A stretch of DNA of 64,000 nt from Tubiluchus corallicola (GCA_030141605.1 JAQGDQ010000055.1:186001-250000), one strand, 5' to 3'; positions 25,682 to 38,056 are shown, counted from the first letter of the stretch. Notes: a model not told the origin generated them from the sequence alone. Numbers and translations are program-made.

Positions 25682-25892
25682 CAAAACGTGCACTCATTAG
25701 AGTTTGCATACAGACATTTAGTTATTTTTTAATTTACTAATTTTAGTTTTGCCATCAACGAAGTTTAAATAAACAATAATCGTTACAAAACCTGCCCTCA
25801 TTAGAGTTTGCATACAGACATTTAGTTATTTTTTAATTTACTAATTTTAGTTTTGCCATCAACAAAGTTTAAATAAACACTAATCGTTACAA
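25682..25892. repeat. Tandem duplication, about 104 bp x2
   Basis: CTCATTAGAGTTTGCATACAGACATTTAG...AATCGTTACAA occurs twice, nearly identical. Confidence 0.85.
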
Positions 25893-26129
25893 GATTTTTA
25901 TATCTTTTTTTCTGAGAGTTCTGTTAATAGAGAATGTGGATCTTTGAATAGCCTTTCCTGAGCGCCTCACCCAAGATGAGAAAAAGCATTTTCCATTTTC
26001 ACTAGAAGATGGTCAATCAAAATAACCAACTTTGAGATGCCTTCACTACAATGGGACAAGTTAACTGTGAAAACAATGATTAGCGCTTGTTGAAAAGAGA
26101 AACTGTCACTCATATGATACCTGCAATGA

Positions 26130-26380
26130 ACCGTATTCCACATTTCTCAGTAATAAGAAGAAAAGCTGCATATAGTATTTGGTCAAGAATCAAAGAAAAA
26201 AGTGATAATTTCGTTATTAATGGTCTTATTAATGTATCTGACGTACGATACAGGTCAAACTTCGTGTTGCACATAACTTTTACTTTGTATAAAATTTCTT
26301 ACCGTAATATTGTGCGCTACAGTTTAAATTTTATTGTAAGTGTGTATATGTTTGTATATGGCTTTTAGCTGAAATAAACT
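26130..26380 (+). mobile_element. Non-LTR retrotransposon 3' end remnant
   Basis: IRRKAAYSIWSRIKEKSDNFVINGLINVSDVRYRS resembles LINE ORF2 C-termini (RK..Y....R...S.N..I..L..SD.RY.S); followed by a GT-rich tract and AATAAA. Confidence 0.45.
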
Positions 26381-27274
26381 GACCAATCAAAACCTTCCAG
26401 AGGCAGAAACCGGATGTCTAATGAGCAAGAGGAAAGCTTCCAAATCGTCAGTGAAATTGCACATATGACTAACACATTAATTGTTTTCCTCACAAATACA
26501 GATAAGTTATGAGGATAGTTGCATTTTTTATTCTTCGAGTTTTTTAGGTAAGGCAAAAACGTGAAAATGAGAAAAATGGATGCGATTTCGATGCATATTG
26601 TGTTTTTGCTTTTATTCCAAATGTAAAAATACATCTAAATCTTGATTAAATTAAATACGTAATGGCTTTTACAGACTCATGAACAGAAAAAGGTTGGTTC
26701 GGTACCAGCAGATGCGAAGGCCAAGCAGGCTATAACTCTTCTGACATCCATCCACGAAGCAGCAGAGTGATGTGTACGAAAAACTATACCTTTATTGGCA
26801 AATTATATTAGGTAGATCCATAATTAATGATGAAATAGATTTCACACTTTTGTGGTTTACACTAACTGGACCAGTAAAAGAGCAGAGACGACTGCTTTTA
26901 TACAGACTAGATGCATAACTTGGCTTCAACAGAAACTTACATTTTGCGTGAAAGGGGTGTTCAGTACACTATCTTAAGAATAGACACACTGGCAGATACA
27001 AAACAAACAACAAATCTTTAATACTACAAGATAAGAAACAACTTTTCAACAAAGTTAGGTTTTTACAACCAAAATGACGTAACATGTTGACTTGCTATAA
27101 AGAAATCTCAAGAAGATATCCTTTGATTAAATTTGCTCAAGGCAAGGGAGGGTATTAAACTCAAAATTGAGGACAACTTCAGGTATAAAAGGTTTGCGTC
27201 TCAATGCTTGCGTATCATAAAACGCAAGAGCATTTTAGATGTAAATTATCTATTCGTAAGCAAAAAAAATCAAG

Positions 27275-30140
27275 ATGATGTTAATGTCAACGTTCATTAT
27301 GGCTTCACTACTTGTTCTTGGTAAGTTACTAAGTAATGTTAATGCTCAATTTTATGTAAGTCGTATTTGAGAAATCGGTAGAAAGTTTGCAAATTAAAGG
27401 AAAGGACAAATCATTGAGTATGTTGAGATAATTTTACTGTTATTACTTAAACGTAGAAAAATATAACAAAGAAATTTGCACAAAACTATCTAAAAGCATA
27501 AATTTAAAATATACTACTTTTGAATAGAAATTTTCAGGCGTGGTGGTTGCTGCTATTCACTTAAAAATTAAAACGTAACTGGGATTTCGTGACTTTTCGT
27601 AAGTGCATCGTGGCTTTCGGTAAGAGCGCGCTGCTTAAATTAATTCAAATTTACGCAGCTTACCTAATGTTCACGCAAAAATAGTACAAGATTAGCTATC
27701 TAGATTTTTTGTGAAAACTTATTATACTTCTCATGAAGATTGACAGCACGGTACTTTTCTTCAAGACGAATGACGTCATTAGAAAAAGAATGGACATTGA
27801 AAATAGGAGCGCTCAAGCAAGAAGTGTTCGTAAGTTTAAAGTGATTTTACTTAACGAGGTTCTTATTGCAGTTTTATTACTAAATCCTTCTAACACTTTT
27901 CGCAAACATTGAAATAAGCTCAATTTCCTGGAAGGCATTTCCTTTAAGTTAAATGATGAAATAAAAAATGGGTTAAATTTGTAGGCTAAAATCTCAAATT
28001 TGTTTCTCACTTCACATCATATCACGCTAATGCCTTTATTCAATAAGTTAAAAAACACATAAAATTTGCACGCATTAGTGTAAAATACATTATACATACA
28101 TATAAAATAATAAAACTACAATAAAAGCCCTCAAAAAAGGGAGATGATTATTATTATTATTATGCCTTCATCGAGAAATGGAATTTTTTATTTTATACAG
28201 GTGTAACTACACAAGATACGTTTGAGCTTTTGTTCACCAGACCAAAACAAACATCGGACTATTACATCAAGTACGATGCATTTCCTTCTTCTATGTCGGC
28301 ACTGTCTTTCTTCACTTGGATCAGGACAACAGATACCAGACATATTCTTCCTCTTGTTTCTTACGCTGTGTCAGGTAGTTATAATGAATTCCTGTTTGCG
28401 ATAAAACCTACGAAAGCAGAACTATGGATAAGCGACCAAAAGAGGTAATAAACACAATTAATAGACCGGACAAATTAACTCAGTCAAAACTAATATTTTA
28501 AATAAAGAAGGAACGATTTTTCATGTATTACCCCATTTTCAAGTCCGACAAAAAGTACTTATTTTAACACAATTAATACTAGAAAAGCGTTTTTGATAAT
28601 TAAATAATAAATTAAAAGCTTAGTTAACAGCGAGCGAGCCCAACTGTTGATGACATCACAAACTAACATAATTTTCAACAACAAAAAATTTCGCGAGCAT
28701 GTTGCAAGTGCTTGCGAAAGCGAAAATTGAAATACAGTTCTACTGTAAGATATTCAGTGTGTTGTCGAACGTGTGTAGTTCGTCACAAACGAACATCTCT
28801 GAACTGAGAGGCACAGCACCTGTTTTTTTGTGCAATGTGTTTCTGAAATTCAGGTGCTAGTGCCCGTCGAATGACGAAATACACGTAATAGTGCAAAATA
28901 AAGCCTAATAAAAAGGGAAACGAACTGAACCAGTGCTTGAAATAATTTCTATTAAATATATTCAGTTTTGCGAATTAATGTTTACGTAATTTTTAATCTC
29001 TCAAAAACTATTGTTTTTTCAATCGATTGTGCAGAATAGCAACTATAGATTTGGGTGTTTTTGATGGAGCATGGCACCATGTTTATGTTACTTGGGAAAA
29101 TAGAGACGGAAGATATGCAATGTATGTGGATGGGCGCCATATTTTTGGATCTACTGGATTTGAACGAAACAATGTTGTGAGGGCAGGATAACTGATATAG
29201 TTTTAGACTAAATCTAACTAGACAAAGTTGTACCAATCAGATTCTGCACAGATAATAAATTTGTTGCAAATCTGACTCTCGCTTCTGGTGTTTTGACGGT
29301 GTCTTTTAATTAAATAAACAAATCCATGGAAAATATGTGTGCTAAACTAGCAAGTAGTATTGATAAACTTTTCAGCTAAGTAGTGCACGAATTTTTAGAT
29401 CTTGCCGATGAATTGTGTGCTAAATTTACTAGCAATGGTTTGTAATTGTTGAATTATTAGTCATTGTCATTTATCTGTTTTACAGTATTGTGAAATTTAT
29501 TGTCAAAAATGCGTTTAAATGGCCATGAATGTGGATTACGACAATAAACTGTATCTAACTTGAGTGTTTTCTCCAGGTCCATCCTGGAAGCTTTGCATGT
29601 TTTTCGATCTTAGTTCAAAGGACAAGCAAAGTTGCTGATCGCTTGATGAGATCTTGAAATGAAGAAGAAATCTTTGATCAGAATCTGGACGTATTTTGAA
29701 TTGCTGATACTTAAACGAAAAATAATAAGCTATATTAGTATTTTAGCTAAGGAAAATAGTAATATTCTAAGATATCTAGATACTAAGGAAAATAAACGAA
29801 CGTGTTATGAAATGTATATACACCTGCATCTAAAAACCTTTTTAATTCCCATTTAGAACTTTAGGGCGGAGGAGCACTTGTGCTTGGTCAAGAACAAGAC
29901 TCACATGGAGGAGGATTTGACCCAGCTCAACACTTTGTTGGGACCATGACTGATGTGAACATTTACAGATATGTTTTATCATCGAATGATATCCGAAAAA
30001 TGGCTACCAAATGTGTGAACAGGGAAGGCAATCTATGGAAATGGAGCAGTGTTAAAGGTGGATTATGAGGAAATGTTCAAATACTTCCGTCCAGTTGTAA
30101 ACGTGGAATAGCAGTTGAGAATGAAAAAGACGGGAATTAA
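27275..30140 (+). pseudogene. Short pentraxin copy 2: probable pseudogene or truncated variant
   Basis: Exons 27275-27320, 28201-28444, 29035-29182 (donor GT>GC), 29865-30140. Same exon lengths as copy 1, but CGA>TGA at 30066-30068 removes the last 24 aa, and both core cysteines are replaced (C>F, C>Y). Confidence 0.75.
28498..28890 (-). mobile_element. Truncated family A MITE in pentraxin-2 intron 2
   Basis: Same position and truncation as in copy 1, so the insertion predates the gene duplication. Confidence 0.75.
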
Positions 30141-31158
30141 TTTTTTGCATCTTAATTGCGGTAGTTTGATTTTTGAAAATATGTTAATAGATGAAGCAAT
30201 CGAAATTTTGTTTGACTGGTTCTGCGTTATTATGCATTTAATATCAATGCTTTGGCAAATGACATTAGCAGAAAATGCTTGTACAGTGAATCAAAATTAA
30301 ACAGTAAGCACTTCAACAGAAATAATGTCCAGGTAACGTTTGTGGAGGACTGTCTCCTCAAAAAGAGATTAATTCAAGACACAAGACGGCATAAACCAAG
30401 CGTGCCAATCTAAAAGTATTTAAGTTTACTAGAGAGATTTACCAGATTATAATTACAAACATCTATGTTGAGTAGGAAGTCCTTTTTTATGGTAATAATA
30501 AAGGTAAATGTGAACTTCTCGTTCCTGGAATATATTACGATAACTAAACCTAATTATAATACATTTACTCATAAATACGTACACTACAAATAATATTAGC
30601 ATTAATATTGGATGTACTCAATAATAAATCATACAGTTTTAAAATACTTTGTTGCTGTTGATTTTTTTATCTATACTAGATATATCTTAATCAGATAAAT
30701 GCATAAGTAAATCTGACGATAAACTTACTCCTCTTTACCTTGAGAGTGGGCGCAGTGAATTTTGCGTTCCTAGTTCTTCTTTATCCTTCTCTCTTTTTCT
30801 CTCCTGCCAGTCTGCTCTTTTTCTCTCTCAAACGGGGTGTAAAAACTGCGCTGTTTGATATTGACGTTTGAAATAGATATAATTCTTAATTTATTAAACT
30901 CGATTTTGCAAATATCATTTTGAGAAACAACATGTTCATAATTTGTATGCAAAACGTATTGTTTTTTTAATGAACTGTGTAGACGAGCAATTATAGACTC
31001 GGCTGTCTTCGATGGAGAATAGCACCATGTTTGTGCTACTTGGGAAAGCAATTACGGAAGACATTCAAATGTATCTGGATGGCATCGAGATTCTTTGATC
31101 TACTGAGCTTCAATCAAATACAGTAATAAGGATAAGAAACCTAAACATTTTTCTCAAG

Positions 31159-31789
31159 TTAAAGCAAAACCGAATCCAATCTTAAACTGTAGGTGAAAAC
31201 AATCTACTTTTTAAAATATTGAAATGGAAAACACAAACACAAAAATGGCTATGTTTTTCCAAAACTGATTACGTGAAAGAATTATTACCACACAATTTCG
31301 CATTCGCGCCACTAGTGCTAGGCTGTTACTTGCATTTCGCCATTCGCTAGTTAGATAGACACTAGCACCTGCATTTCGGAAACGCATGCACAAAAAATAG
31401 GTGCTGTACCGCTCCGTTCTGATGTGTTAGTTTGTGACGAACTTTACACGTTCGACAGCTCATGCGTGAGCACAGTAAATTTAAAATTTGAATTTTTGTC
31501 TTAAAATTTGCCTAGTTTATTACATCATACTAAATATCTTATAGTAGCACTGTACTTCAATTTTCGCTTTCGCAAACACGTGCAACACGCTTTGGAATAT
31601 TTTTGCTGTTGAAAATTATGTTAGTTTGTGATGTCATCGCTAGTTGGGCTCGCCCGCCCTTAATTAAGGTTTTAATCTACTATTTAGTTATCAGAAACAC
31701 TTTTGCTGCATTAATTGTGTTAAAATGTACACTTTTTAACGGACTTGAAAATGGGGTAGTATGTGAAAAATCACCCTGTCTTCCTTTAA
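31159..31789 (+). mobile_element. Kolobok/T2-like MITE, family A (full length)
   Basis: TTAAAGCAAAACCG ... GTCTTCCTTTAA. Confidence 0.8.
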
Positions 31790-31948
31790 CCTAAACCGAC
31801 GACAAGTAACTGCTTTCAGCCAGTCAGATTCTGCCCAGATAGCCCAACGTTTTTGAATTCAAGTCTCAGTCTTAGTAGATTTGCCTTGGCTTCATATTTC
31901 CCTAATTGGGCGATTGTGAACTTTAAAGTGGATCAATTTCAACCCACC

Positions 31949-31950
<2 letters not shown>

Positions 31951-32026
<76 letters not shown>
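31951..32026. repeat. (CT)n microsatellite
   Basis: Perfect CT run of about 76 nt. Confidence 0.95.
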
Positions 32027-32029
<3 letters not shown>

Positions 32030-32174
32030 GACAGTAGATTAAATTTTCTACTAGATGAACGAGTTCGAATGAAAATGAACTTTTTATGTAAAATTTCATA
32101 CTAATCAGTAAACGTGACTACGAGCGACTTGTGTCTTTACCAATATTACTGCAAATTGTAAATTATGGCATTGT

Positions 32175-32480
32175 AACCTCAGCATCTACAATCCAAGTAC
32201 CTTAACTTCGGCATATACAACCCAAGTGCCTTAACCTCAGCACTTACAATCCAAGTACCTTCACCTCAGCACCTACAGTCCATGTACCTTAACCTCAGCA
32301 TCTACAATCCTAGTACCTTGACCTCGCCACCTGCAATCCAAGTACTTTAACCTCAGCACCTACAATCCAAGTGCCTTAATCTCAGCACCTACAGTCAATG
32401 TACCTTAACCTCAGCATCTACAGTTCAAGTATCTTAACCTCGGGATCTGCAATCCAAGTGCCTTAACATGAGCACATATA
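32175..32480. repeat. 29-bp minisatellite, about 10.5 units
   Basis: Consensus AACCTCAGCATCTACAATCCAAGTACCTT; unit starts at 32175, 32204, 32233, 32262, 32291, 32320, 32349, 32378, 32407, 32436, 32465. Confidence 0.9.
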
Positions 32481-35244
32481 GCAATATAGGAGAACATAAT
32501 TACCATTTATGCATATTATGCTTAAAGTTTGTTTAATATCACTTAAAACTTCAGAGTGGAGGAGCTCTTGTGATTGGTCAAGAACAAGATACGCATGGTG
32601 ATCAGTTTCATCAGCCTGGGATATTCACGCAATGGCTTCCAAGTGTGTGAACAAGGAAGGTGATCTATCAAAATGGAGTAGTGTTAAAGGTGGATTACGA
32701 GGAAATGTTCAAATACTTCTGTTCAGCTGCAAACTAGAAATGGCAAGCAAGAAAGAGAAAGGCGGGGAATAATTTTATACATAATTTTATAAATAAACTC
32801 TGCTTAAATTCTCTGACTAAATACTGATTTAATTTTTGAAAATCCGTTCATAAAATAATGAAGAGTCGTGTTACTTTTGTTAAAGTGTTACTGCGCAAAC
32901 GCAACAACAGCAGAAAAGACTTACTGTGAATCCAAAATTAACAAATAATCAGTTATTCGAAAGAGGTAATGTTCAAGTAATCGTCTTTGGAGGAGTGCGT
33001 CGTTAAAAAGAGATGAATTCAAAATCTTAAGAATCAATAAAAGACGACACGAGCCAAACGTGACAATCTGAAAGCGATTTTGTTTAAATGCAAAATGAGT
33101 TTTGTCAGACACTTGCAAATGCCTTGTGTCTCCTTTAGGCGGAAAGCTAATAATGAAGCCAATTGTGAATTTCATTTTTTGCTGTGAGAGCCACATGCCC
33201 ATTTCAAAATTAACTAAATTGTTGCTGTTTGAATAATAACATACATGTAAGATGATTTAATACTGGATACTTTTAAGTATATTAAAATACATGAATAATA
33301 CTTATTCTGATAATTTTAAACTTGAATGCATATTGGTTTTAATTTTCTTATTTATGTAGTAGGGTTACAACCTTATTAGCTTATAGTCTTTCGTTATAAT
33401 AAGACGTTAGTTTATAGTGCCTGTATAGATGACTGCGCGTAATTATTTACAATAATATTAAGACACTGCTTTCAATTCCGTTTTCCCTCGAAATCATCTC
33501 TGTTGCATTTTACTATTTTGCACAAGATTTAAGTTTTAATAGTTTACCAAATTTTGCGTAAAGTGCTTCAAGAAAAACATTGAAAATAATAACTTGGGAT
33601 ACAATGCAGCGAATGTAACGTCACAGACCTTAAGGACAAAAATCATGAGTTCGAATATCGCACAAGGAAATCTCGTGTTGTCTAAGACCTTCATTAAGGC
33701 GTGGCTTCTACAGTGCGCGTTTGGAGTGTTGGGGTCCTACGAGACAAAACGAGACCCTGTGATAACGCGAAGAACATAGTGATCAACAGTGAAAAATTTA
33801 CATTTTTCCAAGTGCGCTTCTATGTGAATTCTACCCAGAGAGTGGAGTGTATTGCAACTGTATACATATAAATATCCATGATAATAGAAATGAACAAAAA
33901 TTGATTTATATACTGTTTGCTTGTTTGTTTATTTATTTATTTATTATGTGTTTGTTTTTTGCTTTTAATTCTACATTTATTTATGTATATGCATAAAATA
34001 TCAGTTACATTTTTGTTTATTTATTGTTTTGTTGAATTTCAAATTCACATAGATGGATGAGACGTCAGCTCATTATCCTACTGACACCTGAAATGTTGCA
34101 AAGTAAACAAGTCATCTACTGAATCCTCTTCCTGAAACAAATCAAAAACAAAGTCCAAACTGAACAAACAAGAGTTTGATTGACAACTCAGCGTTGCGTT
34201 AGGCCTAGCACATACAGGACAAAATTACGGGAGTTTTGACTCTTTTCCACAGATCATTGTTTGGCTTAGAGTAAAATGTCTGCCTCACAGAACCAGTGAT
34301 TTAATTGCTTGCATCGTTTCTGAGTGCGACAGGCCCTACGAAGCTTCATAGGCGCCGCGTGTTGTGCCCGAAGAGCGTTACAAATATCAAAATTACAGTA
34401 AAAAATACAAATTTTAGGAACTTATAACAGCAACTAATTACTAGCTATAAAGAACGAGTAATAGCCGTGCACTTTATGTTACTGCGTAAAGCTTAGCTCT
34501 TCTACGGTGAAGGAGTCCCAAAATCGTTCTACCTTAACAACTCAAATCCTCTCTGGGGCCCCGCTGAGTGGCTTAGATACCTGGTATTTAAATGTACTCA
34601 ATTGCTTAAGTTTTCTGTAAGTAGTGCATGAAAGTCGAACCTATTATTTTTAAAAAAAATTTTAATTAAATAAATAGGCTTATATTTATATATTTAAAAA
34701 AATATTATTAATTTAAATTAAACTAAAATTAACTTGGTTAATTTAAAATGCTAAAGTTTTTTGATAGAGAAATTCAAAGATATTTTTTATTATTTATTAG
34801 GTACGCAGTGTTGAGTTTAGGTATTCGGCTAAAATATTATTAAAAAAATTTATGAATTATGCATTTAACAGAGCCCTGTAAATCTATTGAGAATTTTACA
34901 AATATCAAGTGGCCTTCTAAAACGTTTAAGGAATCTTAGAAAATTTTTAAATAGTCGTTATATTGTGGACAATTAAAACCCCTGCTTTTAAAAAATTATA
35001 AATGTCGAAAACGCCTTTTAAAATCATTAAATTGTTGCCGTAATATGAGCATTTAACGCGTTCACATGCAACGAGACCTCCCACGGACGCGGTATGATGT
35101 GCGCGATCATCCGCGATGTGATGCCGTACGCTGCAGAATGGTGTAGTGCGGTATAGTATTGCATGGTACAGTATGATATGGCATAGTGTTATTGCATATA
35201 ACAAGTCTGCTTACTGAGTAACAGTGTTTTGAATTATATTCATT

Positions 35245-35490
35245 GGGCAATGATTACTGAGTTGTCAGAGTGAGTACGTGGCAAACGAAATTAAGCAAAA
35301 TTGAGCCTGTTAAAAATGGATGGGTGATCACCTGGAAAACAGCTCTAGTAGTCACCATACTATTTATTTCTGGCAGAAGATGCATACGCATTTGAACGTG
35401 GTTAAGAAACCTCATCTTACAGGATCACCTTCAATCACAGATTCCGGCCCTGCCGCAACATAATAAACAAGGCCTGCCGTTGAGTGCAAA
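35245..35490 (+). mobile_element. SINE with 5S rRNA-like head (tRNA/5S chimera), second copy
   Basis: CGAAATTAAGCAAAATTGAGCCTGTTAAAAATGGATGGGTGATCACCTGGAA aligns with 5S rRNA box A to box C (GAAGCTAAGCAGGGTCGGGCCTGGTTAGTACTTGGATGGGAGACCGCCTGGGAA). Confidence 0.55.
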
Positions 35491-37497
35491 TAATATAGCA
35501 AATATATAATTGCATTAATTGCTTGTGTTTTGAAAGCTTCGGCAGCTCCAGTTGATCAAAGTTCACACAGCGTGTGATCAACAGCAACTTTCTTTTATAA
35601 CGTCTTACTTAAATCTCATGATGATCGACGTAATTAAATTACCTGCTCAGTTAAACAAGTCAATTATGCATGGGAGGCAATATGCGACTTGAAACTGTTT
35701 GCGCAGGGCAAGTCTAGGATATAATACGAGCCACGTGTAGGCTGGGATGAGGAAGAGGCAGAAAACACGTAGCTTCAGCAACAGGTAAGAACTGTCGAAC
35801 TGTTGCCAATATAACATTGTATGTATATAAGTTAACGTATATATTTGACAATTATTGTTCTAATTTTTACTGTGTGGAGTTGATACACTGACGGTGCTTT
35901 AAACTCTATTCGGGTAGGTTGTAATAATGGAATGCGAAAGGTAAACTAGTTTAAGGTGATTATGATTGTGGTGCATGGGGTATGTACACGTACCTCCGAC
36001 TATCACAGTTTATTCATTCACGTAAAAAATCTGCAAATAGATTAGAAATAGATTGCTGTTCTCAAATAACATTGTTAACATTGTGAATTCCGATGTAATG
36101 TATAAGTCGAATATGTTAAAACTTTGGAAAGAAATTTTGTCAATAAAATTTTCAATTTATAAGACGTTTTAGCAGCATTTTAGTGAATTTGTAGTCATTT
36201 TCACTGTCAATATTATATTAGTTTTGTCTGTAATTATGTAAATATTTGTATATCTGTTATTTTGCCTGAAATAACAAGTACAATAATAATAATAAGTTGG
36301 GAAAAGTACTATGCAGAATTTTTGTAAAAAATAAAGGCGACATTTGATAAATTGATTTGTTTATTCATTTTATTTATTTGCTAAATTGGCATTTTTGTGC
36401 AGCGTTTGACATAAGCAATTTCTAAAGTAGGCCGCGCGAATGTGAACAGGCCCTATTCGGAATAGCGTACCTTAGTCCACAAGCAAAACTAAACAGAAGC
36501 TAACAATTTGCTTAAAATCAGTAACTGTTACATTAATATAGTGGGGGGAGGGATTCAAAAGATAAACTTTACAGCTTATTTTACAGCGTAAACATAATTA
36601 GACTTATAACTATTTATAATTGTAACTAACAATTATAATAATTAATCTTTTGTTTCACTAGAATTTATAGAAATAACTGGAATTTAAGAAACGTGATGAT
36701 AAAATTTGCTGTAGCTTAAAAATGAAAACTTACATTAACCACTTTATATCGCAAAATTTGATCGTAATTACTGTATTTAATAGTTTTGTTATACATTTTT
36801 AGTCTTAATAATTATGTCCTAAGCGCCATGTTATTGATTTGAATCACAAACTTAATTTCGAAATAGGAAGATATTAATAAGTTTTGATAACTAGGCGTTA
36901 TTAACGTCAGGAAAAGTTGGTTGTTCTGTTGTATTCCGTATTAGTATGTCAACCATGAAGTTGTAACTCATACGAAGTTTTGAATTTTTAACATATTAAT
37001 GTTTCTAGCTTATTTATATTTGCATAATTGTTTATACTTCTTGTAAACTCGGGACATTTCCATGCAATAATATAATTTTTAAATTCGGGACATTTCCGTG
37101 CAATAATATGATATGTGCCCATAATAACTGCGGCCACGAATCAGCCTTTTAATATTTTTTGGAGCGGGGAATAGGAGACACTTACAAAAAGGGGCAAACT
37201 CGAAGCTAGAATTTGAATAACAACCAGAATAACTTTTTCCTTTATTAGAAATGGTTAAAAATAATAAGATATTGTTTGTTTGTAATGTGTTCATGTTCAT
37301 ATACAGAAAGTAAGCTGCTTAAAAACAAAGCATTTGTCAGTATTTTTGTTTTTAATTTAGCAACGCGTCACTGAGGAAAAATGACAAAGACTCTTGAGCG
37401 TCCATCATGCCAGTTAACTCTACAAGGAGAAGAATAACACGACTACAATAAATAGTTCTATTTGTCAGACACTTGTGGTGTGTCTTGCTCATGATTG

Positions 37498-38014
37498 ATG
37501 CTAAAAAACAATATGTTTACATGTAAGACAGCAGACTCCAGGTAAGTTTTAGTTTTGTAATTATGAATGAATGAATGAATGAATGAGTGAGTGAGTGAGT
37601 GAATGAATGAATGAGTAAAAGAATGAACCAATCAGTCAGTCAACCAACTAGAAGGCAGATAACCAACTAACCAATCAACCAGCAGATCCATCAACCAGAA
37701 GGCCGAACGACTGACCAACCGATCAATTAGTAAACGCCAACAAAGATAGGGATACCAAGCAATAAGTAGCAAGTAGTAACCAACCAACAAACTAACTAAC
37801 CAACCAACCAGCAAACCAACCAACCAACCAACCAAACAACAAAACAAACAAACAAACAAACAAACAAACAAGCAAACAAACAAACAAACTGACTGACTGA
37901 CTGACTATCAGTCTAACTAACTAACTGACTGACTGACTGACTGACTGACTGACTGACTGACTGACTGACTGACTGACTGACTGACTGACTGACGAACGAA
38001 CGAACGAACGAACG

Positions 38015-38056
<42 letters not shown>

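Larger units (their letters stand above)
30983..32772 (+). pseudogene. Pentraxin copy 3, partial pseudogene (exons 3 and 4 only)
   Basis: Exon-3-like segment 30983 to about 31131 (FDGE*HHVCATWES, TGG>TAG, then a frameshift). Exon-4-like segment 32555-32772 (SGGALVIGQEQDTHG...KWSSVKGGLRGNVQIL) is 58 nt shorter than in copy 1 and frameshifted. Exons 1-2 not found. Confidence 0.85.

Noticed and set aside
30066-30068. In-frame TGA in pentraxin copy 2 as selenocysteine or programmed readthrough
   Set aside because: It aligns to Arg (CGA) in copies 1 and 3, is a simple CpG transition, and the 3' UTR is nearly identical to copy 1 with no evident SECIS.
32175-32480. CRISPR-like array
   Set aside because: Units are contiguous with no unique spacers, the context is eukaryotic, and there are no cas genes; it is a minisatellite.
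35286-35345. Functional 5S rRNA gene
   Set aside because: Only the 3' half resembles 5S, with many mismatches and no 5' half; better explained as a SINE head.
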